A stretch of 63,410 bases of DNA, filler included, from Octopus bimaculoides (lineage: Eukaryota): NCBI RefSeq assembly GCF_001194135.2. It is 7 parts of 7 records of this genome, joined end to end, with 100 filler letters (N's around TTAATTAATTAA, not from the genome) between each part and the next. Parts side by side here need not be neighbours in the genome. Positions count along the whole stretch, not along the records: positions 52,924 to 60,047 come from NC_069002.1; positions 60,148 to 62,047 come from NC_068998.1; positions 62,148 to 63,410 come from NW_026348449.1; 4 more parts are not named here. One strand, given 5' to 3'. How positions within the stretch are numbered: the stretch's first letter is position 1; each line of letters begins with the position of its first letter. Below, one piece after another: positions 53,426 to 63,410 of the stretch. The position numbers and the translations under genes are program-made. The notes under the pieces were generated by a model that saw only the letters and a list, made by a program, of their open reading frames with translations, made no database searches and had not been told where the DNA came from.

Positions 53426-54015
53426 GGGTGGCGAGCTGGCAGAAACGTTAGCACACTGGGGGAAATGCTTAGTGATATTTTGTCTGTTTTTACGTTCCGA
53501 GTTCAAATTCCGCTGGGGTCGACTTTGCTTTCATCCTTTCGGGGTCGATAAATTAAGTACCAGTTGTGTACTGGAGTTGATCTAATCGACTTCCCCCTCC
53601 CCCAAAATGTTGGGCCTTGTGCCTAGAGTAGAAAAGATTAATATTATTATTATTATTATTAAGGTGGTGAGCTGGCAGAGACGTTAGCACACCAGGCGAA
53701 ATGCTTTTGGGGTCAATAAATTAAATACCAGTTGTGTACTGGGGTCGATGTAATTGACTCATCCCCTTCCCCAAAATGGCTACTCTCGAGGCAAAACGTG
53801 GAACCTTTACTATTATCATTATCAAGGCGGCTAGCTGGCAGAAACATTAGCATGCTGGGTAAAATGCTTACGTTCTGAGTTCAAATTCTGCCGAGGTCGA
53901 CTTTGCCTTTCATCCTTTCGGGGTCCATAAATTAAGTACCAGTTGTGTACTGGGGTCGATGTAATCGATTTCCCCCGTCCCCCAAACTTTCGGGCCTTGT
54001 GCCTAGAGTAGAAAA
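53426..54015 (+). mobile_element. Three tandem copies of tRNA-headed SINE family B
   Basis: Each starts GG(C/T)GG(C/T)(G/T)AGCTGGCAGA (about 53426, 53663, 53826) and shares GGGGTC(G)ATAAATTAAGTACCAGTTG. Copies are separated by (TAT)n. Other B copies lie at about 14830-15000(-), 15656-15866(+), 19861-20063(-), 20362-20553(-), 28535-28745(-), 31400-31615(+), 38163-38370(+), 44445-44600(+), 46845-46978(+) and 47125-47255(-). Confidence 0.9.
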
Positions 54016-54079
54016 TATGGTTGCTTAATGGAATACAGTGTCCCTATACAAGCACTTAATATGTATTTATTAAAGGTCT

Positions 54080-54232
54080 AACTGTGTGGTAAGAAACTTG
54101 CTTCCCAACCACATGGTTCTGGGTTCAGTCCCACTGCAAGGAAACCTTGAGCAAGTGTCTTCTACTATAGCCCCGGGCTAACCAAAGCCTTGTGAGTGGA
54201 TTTGGTAGACGGAAACTGAAAGAAGCCTATTG

Positions 54233-54263
<31 letters not shown>

Positions 54264-54460
54264 CTTTGTGTTTGTTTGTCCCCCACCATTGCTTGACAAA
54301 TGGTGTTGGTTTATGTATGTCCTTGTAACTTAGCAGTTCAGCAACAGAGACCGATAGAATAAGTACCAAGCTTAAAAATAAAACATAGGTACATTTGACT
54401 AAAACTCAAGGTGGTGCCCTAGCATGGCCGCAGTCCAATGACTGAGACAAGTAACAGGTA
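54080..54460 (+). mobile_element. SINE family A, full-length copy
   Basis: Same blocks as 45626-45984 in + orientation. Other A fragments lie at about 8080-8270(+), 8750-8875(-), 12395-12600(+), 17016-17175(-), 24351-24385(-), 29475-29700(+), 31215-31375(+), 41163-41465(+), 49545-49680(-), 57875-58410(-) and 63268-63410(+). Confidence 0.9.
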
Positions 54461-54894
54461 AGAGGTATCCAATATTACAGTAATTTAATTTTTGTCATGT
54501 TAGTGTCAGTGTCATCATTGTTAACATCATCATCATCATCAACATAATCATCAACATCATCATCATCAACATCAGCATCATCATCACCGTCAGCATCATC
54601 ATCATCAATATCATCATTGTCAACATCTCAAAATCATCATCAACATCATCATCACCACCATCATCATCATCATCATCCATTTCCTTTGCTGGAAACCTAG
54701 AAGATGCAATTGTCATCAGTGAACAGTTGCCTAACTTATCTTTCAAAACTTCTTTCGTTGTTTCTTCTGTCTTGGCTGTCTTCAGTTCCCAACACCAGAC
54801 TTGTTATTGTTTAGCCCTTGGTCAGGCCTGATTGAGTATGCCTCCTGCAATGACTATCCTGTCATTGTGTAATCCTAGACTACTGTTATTCTTT

Positions 54895-56342
54895 CATTTG
54901 TTTCAGTCATGTGACTGTGGCCATGAAGGAGCACCACCTTTAGTCAAACCGCTAAGTTATGGGGACATAAACACACCAAAATCAGTCGTCAAGTGATGTT
55001 GGGGTGACAAACAAACATATATATATATATATATATATATACATACAGGGTGTCCACAAAGCCTGGGTACATGGAGTAAATAAAACCATAACATAAACAA
55101 TTAGATATAAGAAATAATAATTTCTTAAAGTATGTGTTAATCCCATGTACCCAGACTTTGTGGACACCCTGTATANNNNNNNNNNNNNNNNNNNNNNNNN
55201 NNNNNNNNNNNNNNNNNNNNNNNNNNNNNNNNNNNNNNNNNNNNNNNNNNNNNNNNNNNNNNNNNNNNNNNNNNNNNNNNNNNNNNNNNNNNNNNNNNNN
55301 NNNNNNNNNNNNNNNNNNNNNNNNNNNNNNNNNNNNNNNNNNNNNNNNNNNNNNNNNNNNNNNNNNNNNNNNNNNNNNNNNNNNNNNNNNNNNNNNNNNN
55401 NNNNNNNNNNNNNNNNNNNNNNNNNNNNNNNNNNNNNNNNNNNNNNNNNNNNNNNNNNNNNNNNNNNNNNNNNNNNNNNNNNNNNNNNNNNNNNNNNNNN
55501 NNNNNNNNNNNNNNNNNNNNNNNNNNNNNNNNNNNNNNNNNNNNNNNNNNNNNNNNNNNNNNNNNNNNNNNNNNNNNNNNNNNNNNNNNNNNNNNNNNNN
55601 NNNNNNNNNNNNNNNNNNNNNNNNNNNNNNNNNNNNNNNNNNNNNNNNNNNNNNNNNNNNNNNNNNNNNNNNNNNNNNNNNNNNNNNNNNNNNNNNNNNN
55701 NNNNNNNNNNNNNNNNNNNNNNNNNNNNNNNNNNNNNNNNNNNNNNNNNNNNNNNNNNNNNNNNNNNNNNNNNNNNNNNNNNNNNNNNNNNNNNNNNNNN
55801 NNNNNNNNNNNNNNNNNNNNNNNNNNNNNNNNNNNNNNNNNNNNNNNNNNNNNNNNNNNNNNNNNNNNNNNNNNNNNNNNNNNNNNNNNNNNNNNNNNNN
55901 NNNNNNNNNNNNNNNNNNNNNNNNNNNNNNNNNNNNNNNNNNNNNNNNNNNNNNNNNNNNNNNNNNNNNNNNNNNNNNNNNNNNNNNNNNNNNNNNNNNN
56001 NNNNNNNNNNNNNNNNNNNNNNNNNNNNNNNNNNNNNNNNNNNNNNNNNNNNNNNNNNNNNNNNNNNNNNNNNNNNNNNNNNNNNNNNNNNNNNNNNNNN
56101 NNNNNNNNNNNNNNNNNNNNNNNNNNNNNNNNNNNNNNNNNNNNNNNNNNNNNNNNNNNNNTATATATATATATATATATATATATTTGACAGGCTTCTT
56201 TCAGTTTCTGTCTACCAAATCCACTCACAAGGCTTTGGTCTTCCTGAGGCTATTGTAGAAGACACTTGCTCAAATTGCCATGCAGTGGAACTGAACCCGG
56301 AACAATGTGGTTGGTAAGCAAGCTACTTACCACATAGCCACA
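54895..56342 (-). mobile_element. SINE family A split by an expanded (TA)n tract, a nested MITE and a gap
   Basis: 3' half at 54895-55015 and 5' half at 56185-56342, both minus and collinear. Confidence 0.75.
55046..55171. mobile_element. 126-bp Tc1/mariner-type MITE with TA TSD
   Basis: 29-bp TIR CAGGGTGTCCACAAAG(C/T)CTGGGTACATGG with 1 mismatch. TA on both sides (55044-45, 55172-73). Confidence 0.92.
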
Positions 56343-56489
56343 TATCCTCATTTTTTAATTTTTGTTTTTGAAGATGGTTGGTTTGTTTTAATGGTTGTTA
56401 AGTCAGAGCACAGAGATTCTCATGTTTGCTTGTGATAGCAGTGGAATTAGTTTCAAAATTGGTAAAATTAGGACAAAAATTAAATTTGT

Positions 56490-56660
56490 AGAAATCAGGC
56501 CCCTGCACCAGATGGCTGGACGTGATTGGCAAAGATCTCCAGAGGCTCAATGTCACCTTGGAGGGTGCAGAGGACCTGGTATGGCATCACCACTGATGGA
56601 GAGCACTGGTTGACCTGGTCAGCTCAATGCATGATAGCATCTCTGGGACAATTAAGCTGG
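56490..56660 (+). mobile_element. RTE-like LINE 3' relic
   Basis: RPCTRWLDVIGKDLQRLNVTL corresponds to the RTE C-terminal RPxxRWxDxxxxDL motif. Confidence 0.6.
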
Positions 56661-58666
56661 GATGATCTCAGCTACATCAAGCGAGAGCATGTAACCAAAG
56701 CCAAAGGTCAATATACACCAGTTTTCCATCATCATCATCATTTGATGTCCATTTTCCCATGCTGTTGTGGTTTGGACAGTTGGATAGGATCCGATGAGTT
56801 CAAGAAGTTTATATGCTCCACTGTCAACTCTAGTTTCTACAGCTGGATGCCCTTCCTGAAACTAGAAAGTTATTACCTCTAAATTCCATCTTTACCGATA
56901 TTCCAGATGGTTATGTATTTAGGATAGACATGGCTTTTCTTGTTATTCCTCTCTTTGGTAATCTTTCCAAATTTTCAAGGAATCTTGTTTTGGTTTCCCC
57001 CCCCCACCCCCGTTTTCTCTCACCTTCACAGATGGAAGAAGTAATTATGTAATTATGCTTACCTTGCACTAACATCTACCTTGCATCTTTAACAACAAAA
57101 GCAAAACAAATAACCACAAACAAAAATGAACACAAAAGTTAAATCTTCATATAAATTCTTTCACAAAATAATATTCTTCGTCCGACTTTCCACATGGTAG
57201 CAGATCTAATATTGCTATAAATTTCATTACACAAAAATCATTCATTACCTTTGTAGTTTTGTAGTTCTATTGATAAAAGAACATTTTGGTTTTGTTTTTT
57301 CTCTCTTTTAGCTTCAGAGTAATTATCACATTTTCATATGTTCAGATTGCTTATTCCAGCTTCAAGTAGATTGCTTCTATTATTGTCTAAACCTTCTACC
57401 TTGCACCTTTCTCTCTCTCTCTCTCTTGCTCTCCTAACCTTTCTGATTTTTACTGCTGACTTCTTCCTTCGCTTTATTTACCTGTTCATGTGGTTCATTC
57501 TCCTCTCTGCAACTTGCAGCTGTTTACATTGAAGATCAACTCTTTGGAATATCACGTCTTCGGTGCTTTCCTCTTCTGCTAATATCACGTAAGTGCTGCA
57601 TTCTTAGTGCCAGGTCTAAATTTTGCTGAAGCTATTGTTGTTCTAAGAAAACCTGCAGAAACTTTGGCTGTTGTTCTTAGATTTTTTGTTTTGTGTTCTT
57701 GCATAGAACTATTAAACTAGCAGAACATATCTGTACTGTAAGCATTTACACTACACCTAATATACAATTACCTTTTATTATTACATATATACATTATTTT
57801 TATAGGTGTATGTGTATATACACACACACACACACACACAAATATATATATAGATATATTTGTAATCTTTTATTTGCTTCAGTCACTTTGACTGCAGCCA
57901 TGCTGGAGCACTGCCTTTAGTCGAACAAATCAACCCCAGGACTTATTCTTTTCTAAACCTAGTACTCATTCTGTCAGTTTGTTTTGCCTAACTGCACAGT
58001 TACAGGGACGTAAACACACCAACATCAGTTGTCAAGCGATGGAGGGGAGACAAACACAGACACACGCACACAAACATAAGGACACAGAAAATGTGTCAAG
58101 GCCGACAGGAAGCGGTGCAGCTTCCTAGGTCTAACCAACAGTAGTATTATTCCCTTCAGGGGACTGTCACATTAAGTTGACAGTATACAACTACTTCATT
58201 GTATCACTACTGCATAAATCTCGCTGAGAGATTTAGAAATGTATTATTTCTAAAAAAGGCTTCTTTCAGTTTCCATCTACCAAATCCACTCACAAGGCTT
58301 TGGTCAGCCTGAGACTAACAGAGAAGACACTTGCCCAAGGTACCACGCAGTGGGACTGAACCTACAACCATGTGGTTGGGAATCAAGCTTCTTACTACAC
58401 AGCCACTCCTGTTGAGAGGACAGACATATGGCCAAGTGGTTGGGGTGTTGCACTCACAATCACCAGATCATGGTTTCAATTCCGAGACCGGGTGGTATGT
58501 TGTGTTCTTGAGCAAAACCCTTCATCTCACGTTACTCTGCTATCACTTTAACACCTGACACGTTTTTTGATGTCCTGTACTCATATATGCATGTATATAT
58601 ACATATATACGTAGGTATGTATATATGCATATATATATATATCTATATATATATATATATAGATAG

Positions 58667-59065
58667 TCAAAATAAGCAACAAGGATATCCAAAGTTAATG
58701 CAGTATGATCGTTTCATGTGACTCCATTTATTTAAGCCATGTGAACATTACATCAAATATAAAATGCAGAGCAATCCTCAGCTGCACAAAGATATAGAAA
58801 TTTAATGAAATTACATTTAAACAGAAGGACATATTTTTATAACTACATTTTTTGTATTCTTCCTTTCTACTTGGAGAGTTTAAATGTAGTTATAAAAATA
58901 TGTCCTTCTGTTTGAATGTAATTTCAGTAAATTGCTATATCTTTGTGCAGCTGAGGATTACTCTGCATTTTACATTTGATGTAATTTTCACATTGCTTAA
59001 TTGAATGGAGCTGCATGAAGCGATCGTACTGCATTAACCTTGGATATCCTTGTTGCTTATTTTGA
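58667..59065. mobile_element. Long fold-back element (184-bp arms, 31-nt loop)
   Basis: 58667-58850 is the reverse complement of 58882-59065 with about 15 mismatches and no indels by manual alignment. It abuts a (TA)n tract on the left. Confidence 0.9.
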
Positions 59066-59160
59066 TTTTAATCGCCTTATTTTGGAATTGTATGGATAAT
59101 ACCATACTTAATTCTGGTGCCTAAACTTAAATACCATATTCACCTTGAATCTAAATTTAT

Positions 59161-59191
<31 letters not shown>

Positions 59192-60003
59192 AGTGGTACT
59201 GGCACCTCATAAAAAGCACCCAGTGCACTCTGTAAAGTGGCTGGTATTAGGAAAGGCATCCAATTGTAGAAACCACATGAAAACAAATAACGGAACCTGA
59301 TGTGGTTCTTGGCTTTGCTAGCTTCTGTCAAACTGTCCAACCCATGCCAGCATGGAAAACCGACTTTAAATGATGATGATGATGCTGTGTGTGTGTGTGT
59401 GTGTGTTTGATGCAAACTATTAAATAGAAAAAATGTATTTTGTATTGAGTACTACATATGAGAATAATGAAATTCAGTTGAACCAGTTTCAGTAAAGACA
59501 TAATATACACGGTGCATAAATATATCATTACTAATATACATCTTGTAGCTGGTGTTATCATCATCGTCATTTAACGTCTGCTTTCCACGCTGGTATGTGT
59601 TGGACAGGTTGGCAACAAACCATCAAGTTGCAGGGCTGAGTCGACCTCCAGAGTCACCTTTGGCTCGGTTTCTACAGATGGATGCTCTTCTTAATGTCAA
59701 TCACTTTATGGAGAATAACTGGGTGCCAGGTGTTGAAAGGGTAACATATGCTAAAGGGATAAACACAGGAAATACATTGATGAAGGGAGAAGAGGGTGCT
59801 GATGGGGTATACTAAGAAAAAATTGGGAGGAAATCAAAGAGAAAAAAAAAATTTGTTTTGATATTTGATCAGATGGATACATCGAAACTGGTTACATTTT
59901 AAATCACTCACTGAAACTAAAATACTAAATGTCCTCTAAAATGTTATTGTTCTAACCATAATTTTTAATTTCTATGGATTCTTAACCCTTTTTCAACTAT
60001 ATG

Positions 60004-60047
<44 letters not shown>

Positions 60048-60157
60048 NNNNNNNNNNNNNNNNNNNNNNNNNNNNNNNNNNNNNNNNNNNNTTAATTAAT
60101 TAANNNNNNNNNNNNNNNNNNNNNNNNNNNNNNNNNNNNNNNNNNNNGATGATGATG

Positions 60158-60191
<34 letters not shown>

Positions 60192-61169
60192 ATATATCAT
60201 GTGTTGTACCCAATAAAATAATGTCTATTACACATTCCATCTCTTATTTTATTAATACTGTTACCCCAACTGCCACTACAAAGTTCCTGTAGTAAATCTA
60301 CAGATAACAACAGGCAATCGAAACTGTGCTGGTGCTTTACTCATCATCCATTTATACATTTTGTACAATCTCTCCATTATTTATGTGTGTGTGTGTGTGT
60401 GTATAAGACTCTACGCATTGACCTCACTAGACAAGAAGACAAGAGTTGTGACAACTACCTTCTTTTTTAAACTAAATTTAAAAATAAGTCAAACTAGGTT
60501 TACTGTGTATCCTTCTCCCATACCTTTATACAATTGACAGAAATATTTGACCTAGTATTAAATCATAAACTTAAATGAAAATAAAGGAAGTAGTTCTCTA
60601 AACATGTTATCAGCGTATTAACTGAAATAGCCACAAATATCTGAATGAAATTGTTTTGATATTTACCTATCAGTGTGAATATTACATTTTTTTTCTTGGT
60701 TTTGTCTATGTTTTGCATAACTGATTTGGTCTTTCAAACAATTCATAGCTTGTCAATTATATGACATGCTAAATACAGCAGGGGTATATATTTTAGTTGC
60801 TGTGTATTCTAGCTACTGTCCATATGAGATTTTGAGAATCGGTGCACAGTATCACTGTATATCATTAGAGACAATCCAAAAGATTGGCAATAGGAAAGGC
60901 ATCCAGCTATAGAATGTTGCCCCAAAACTGGACCTGTTTAAACCCATGCCAGCATAGAAAATTAGACATAAGAAGGTAATGATATATTTTTCTAATATTA
61001 CTGGAAAGGAGTTGTGTTTACAAGCTTTTATCAACATTGTAAGTGCTTTTTGTCATATCAAATAGAACATACAATTTGCTACAACTTCAGGAATACTTTA
61101 GATCTTTAAGCAAAAAACTTTGAAAGTTATTAGAATTTTGTTTTTTTTACATAACTTCTCTCATCATCA

Positions 61170-61330
61170 TCAGGCATCAGTCAACAACCAGGTGCCCTCC
61201 CTGTGTCTAGGGACTGGCTTGCCAAGACTCTCCAGTTACCTCTATGTTGTGCTGCATGCATACACTCAACCAGGCTCTCCTTTCTAATCCATTCCTTGAT
61301 GCTGTCAGTCCATAAATGTCTCTGACTTTG
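61170..61330 (-). mobile_element. RTE-like LINE 3' relic with (GAT)n tail
   Basis: LWTDSIKEW...AAQHRGNWR matches WxDxIxxW...AxDRxxWR. (CAT)n on the + strand at about 61162-61172. Confidence 0.6.
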
Positions 61331-61654
61331 TATGTCCAAAATACGATAGCTTTGTGAACTCAATTCTCAACAATATGTGTCTTTGGACTTTCAGCTTTTC
61401 TAGGACTGCAATGCTTGAAGCTTTCCAGGGTGTCAATCTGCAGAGGATATTTTCGCATTTTGAAATTGAATTTCATAACTAGAAATTCTTTGTCACCCCA
61501 CTTTTCTTCAATGCCCCCTTGAAACTTTCCACTGCCCCCAGGGGTGTGTAATATCGCCCACTTTGGGAACTACTGTTTTACACAGTAGCGATATCACCAA
61601 CCTGACCTTGGTGCTTTACTATTTAAGTACCTGATTCACTTGAATCCTGAAATT

Positions 61655-61700
<46 letters not shown>

Positions 61701-62147
61701 CAAAATGGGACAAGAATGCAAAACATCCAGACAGTTAAGTGATACAAAAAAAAGTGACAACAAAACATCCAGACAGACGATACAAAGAAAACAAGGACGG
61801 GTCATTTGGAGTTTTCTTTCCTCGGTCAAGTCCCAGATTATCTTTGCAATTTCAGATGGTTATACTTAAGACTGCTCCAATCTGGCCAGCCCCAAGGGAA
61901 AACTAAGCTAAGAGCATTAGATTCCTTGGAAGAAAGCAGCGAATGTATACGAAAACACGGACTGAAAAAAACGGAGTATGTTACACAAATACAAATAACA
62001 GAACATAACAACAGGTGTCTTTCGACTAAGGACGAATTAAATTAAGCNNNNNNNNNNNNNNNNNNNNNNNNNNNNNNNNNNNNNNNNNNNNTTAATTAAT
62101 TAANNNNNNNNNNNNNNNNNNNNNNNNNNNNNNNNNNNNNNNNNNNN

Positions 62148-62182
<35 letters not shown>

Positions 62183-62184
<2 letters not shown>

Positions 62185-62885
62185 ATGCCCTGATGCAATG
62201 GCAGGCATCAGGGCTCATGGCTTTTGTTCTTAACTGATTGGAAGTGTTATCATGGCTTCCATGATAATACTTCCAATGGAAGTGTTATCTCATGGCTTTC
62301 ATAGCTTCTGATCTTAATTGATTGGAAGTGTTATCATGTTCATTGTTTTGTCTTGGTATAAAAGATGGGCTACAACAAATATTCTGCTCAATACCACAGA
62401 TTTGCTTNNNNNNNNNNTAAAAGATGGGCTACAACAAATATTCTGCTCAATACCACAGATTTGCTTGTCAGTTGTTTGACCTTAACCGATTGAGCATGTC
62501 CCTTGGTGGCTGACGATATGTGAATCTCTGTTCATGAGCAGGAGTAGTGGGGGAGCATCATAGCCATGTGTTGAGAGGAATTCTTTGGGGTTTTGAACAA
62601 TTCACCTCTGGAAACATGGGTGTTTTGTTTATCATCCTTAAACAACACTTATTCAGAGACTTTTTGAGCGAGATGGGCTACTCAATCTGAAGAAAATTCT
62701 TACTGAGCCTTACCTGCAAGGTCATGCGCTGTTTATCTTCATATGAGATCACCAAGTCGCGTACATATAGTTGTGATGCATATGCCCGGTATACCCTTAT
62801 CAGACGGGTAGCCATGACAGGTATACTGGGCTCCGTATATTTGTACCCTAGTGTCACTTTGATGGTGTACACTGTTGTCTCACTC
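62183..62885. repeat. Unclassified interspersed repeat bounded by (AAT)n on both sides
   Basis: (AAT)n at 62148-62182 and about 62886-62902. Higher-complexity interior with no clear ORF. A Dong/R4-like origin is only a guess from the (TAA)n context. Confidence 0.4.
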
Positions 62886-63410
62886 AATAATAATAATAAT
62901 GACAGTTTCACTCAAAGTTTCGTGGGCGTGTAAATCTTTCGATTTAAAAAAACATATGTAACCTTTACCAAATGTGTTGAGTGCCACTTTCTTTCGATTG
63001 TCTATTACTGGTGTGTGTGTGCGTGCGTGTGTGTGTGAGTGAGTGTGTGTGTGTGCGTATGTGTGTGTGTGTGTGTGTGTGTATGCATGAATGTATGCAT
63101 CTCTAACTTGAAGACATCTCAATAAAAATAACTATACACGTAAGCACAGCTTTTCAGACAAATAATGCTGCAGCTTAAGCTTACAATACGAATGGTTGCA
63201 AACCGTAATATAAATGCTCAAAACTGAAAGACGAAAATACGCTTGATGAATAAAAAAATATATACAGGCGTAGGAGTGGCTGTGTGGTAAGTAGCTTGCT
63301 TACCAACCACATGGTTCCGAGTTCAGTCCCACTGCGTGGCACCTTGGACAAATGTCTTCAACTATAACCTCGGGCCGACCAAAGCCTTGTGAGTGGATTA
63401 GGTAGACGGA

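Noticed and set aside
54496-54675. Met/Asp-rich ORF 54495-54746
   Set aside because: It is a translation of a (CAT)n trinucleotide tract.
280-56317. Long ORF-track entries (150-390 aa) full of X, or of YI/HT/CV/LS repeats
   Set aside because: They are translations of N-runs and di- or tetranucleotide microsatellites.
12310-62103. Six identical TTAATTAATTAA palindromes
   Set aside because: Those counted sit exactly mid-way in a 100-bp N block and the 12-mer encodes stops in all frames. A scaffolding spacer, not biology.
62359-62467. About 50-bp duplication across a 10-N gap
   Set aside because: Typical overlap artefact.
48212-63410. ACP7 exon 3 (expected xYxCGS...WS..F.F)
   Set aside because: No matching phase-1 exon was found by eye. 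It probably lies beyond the window or in a gap.

Overview
AT-rich, repeat-dense eukaryotic (animal) genomic DNA from a gappy draft assembly. The SINE and microsatellite landscape resembles an octopus genome, but that is recognition from memory, not a database result. The only host gene I can support is the 5' part of a purple acid phosphatase (ACP7/PAPL-like) on the + strand: exon 1 CDS 45290-45404 and exon 2 48017-48211, preceded by a compact E-box/CRE-ETS/TATA promoter. No exon 3 was found, so the gene probably continues beyond the window. The rest is transposable element debris and simple repeats: two degraded Ty3/Gypsy elements in opposite orientation, Tc1 and mariner/maT-like transposase relics, RTE and CR1/L2-like LINE pieces, several tRNA-headed SINE families (over 25 copies), and at least six inverted-repeat MITE or fold-back elements. 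The most unusual observation is two GG...CC-ended MITEs with 8-bp and 9-bp target-site duplications that carry telomeric TTAGGG repeats inside. One contains a head-to-head (TTAGGG)n-(CCCTAA)n junction that mimics a chromosome end-to-end fusion. Most ORF-track entries are artefacts of N-runs or microsatellites. There is no CRISPR array, rRNA or real tRNA gene. All alignments were done by eye; TE boundaries without TSDs are approximate (+/-10-30 bp).
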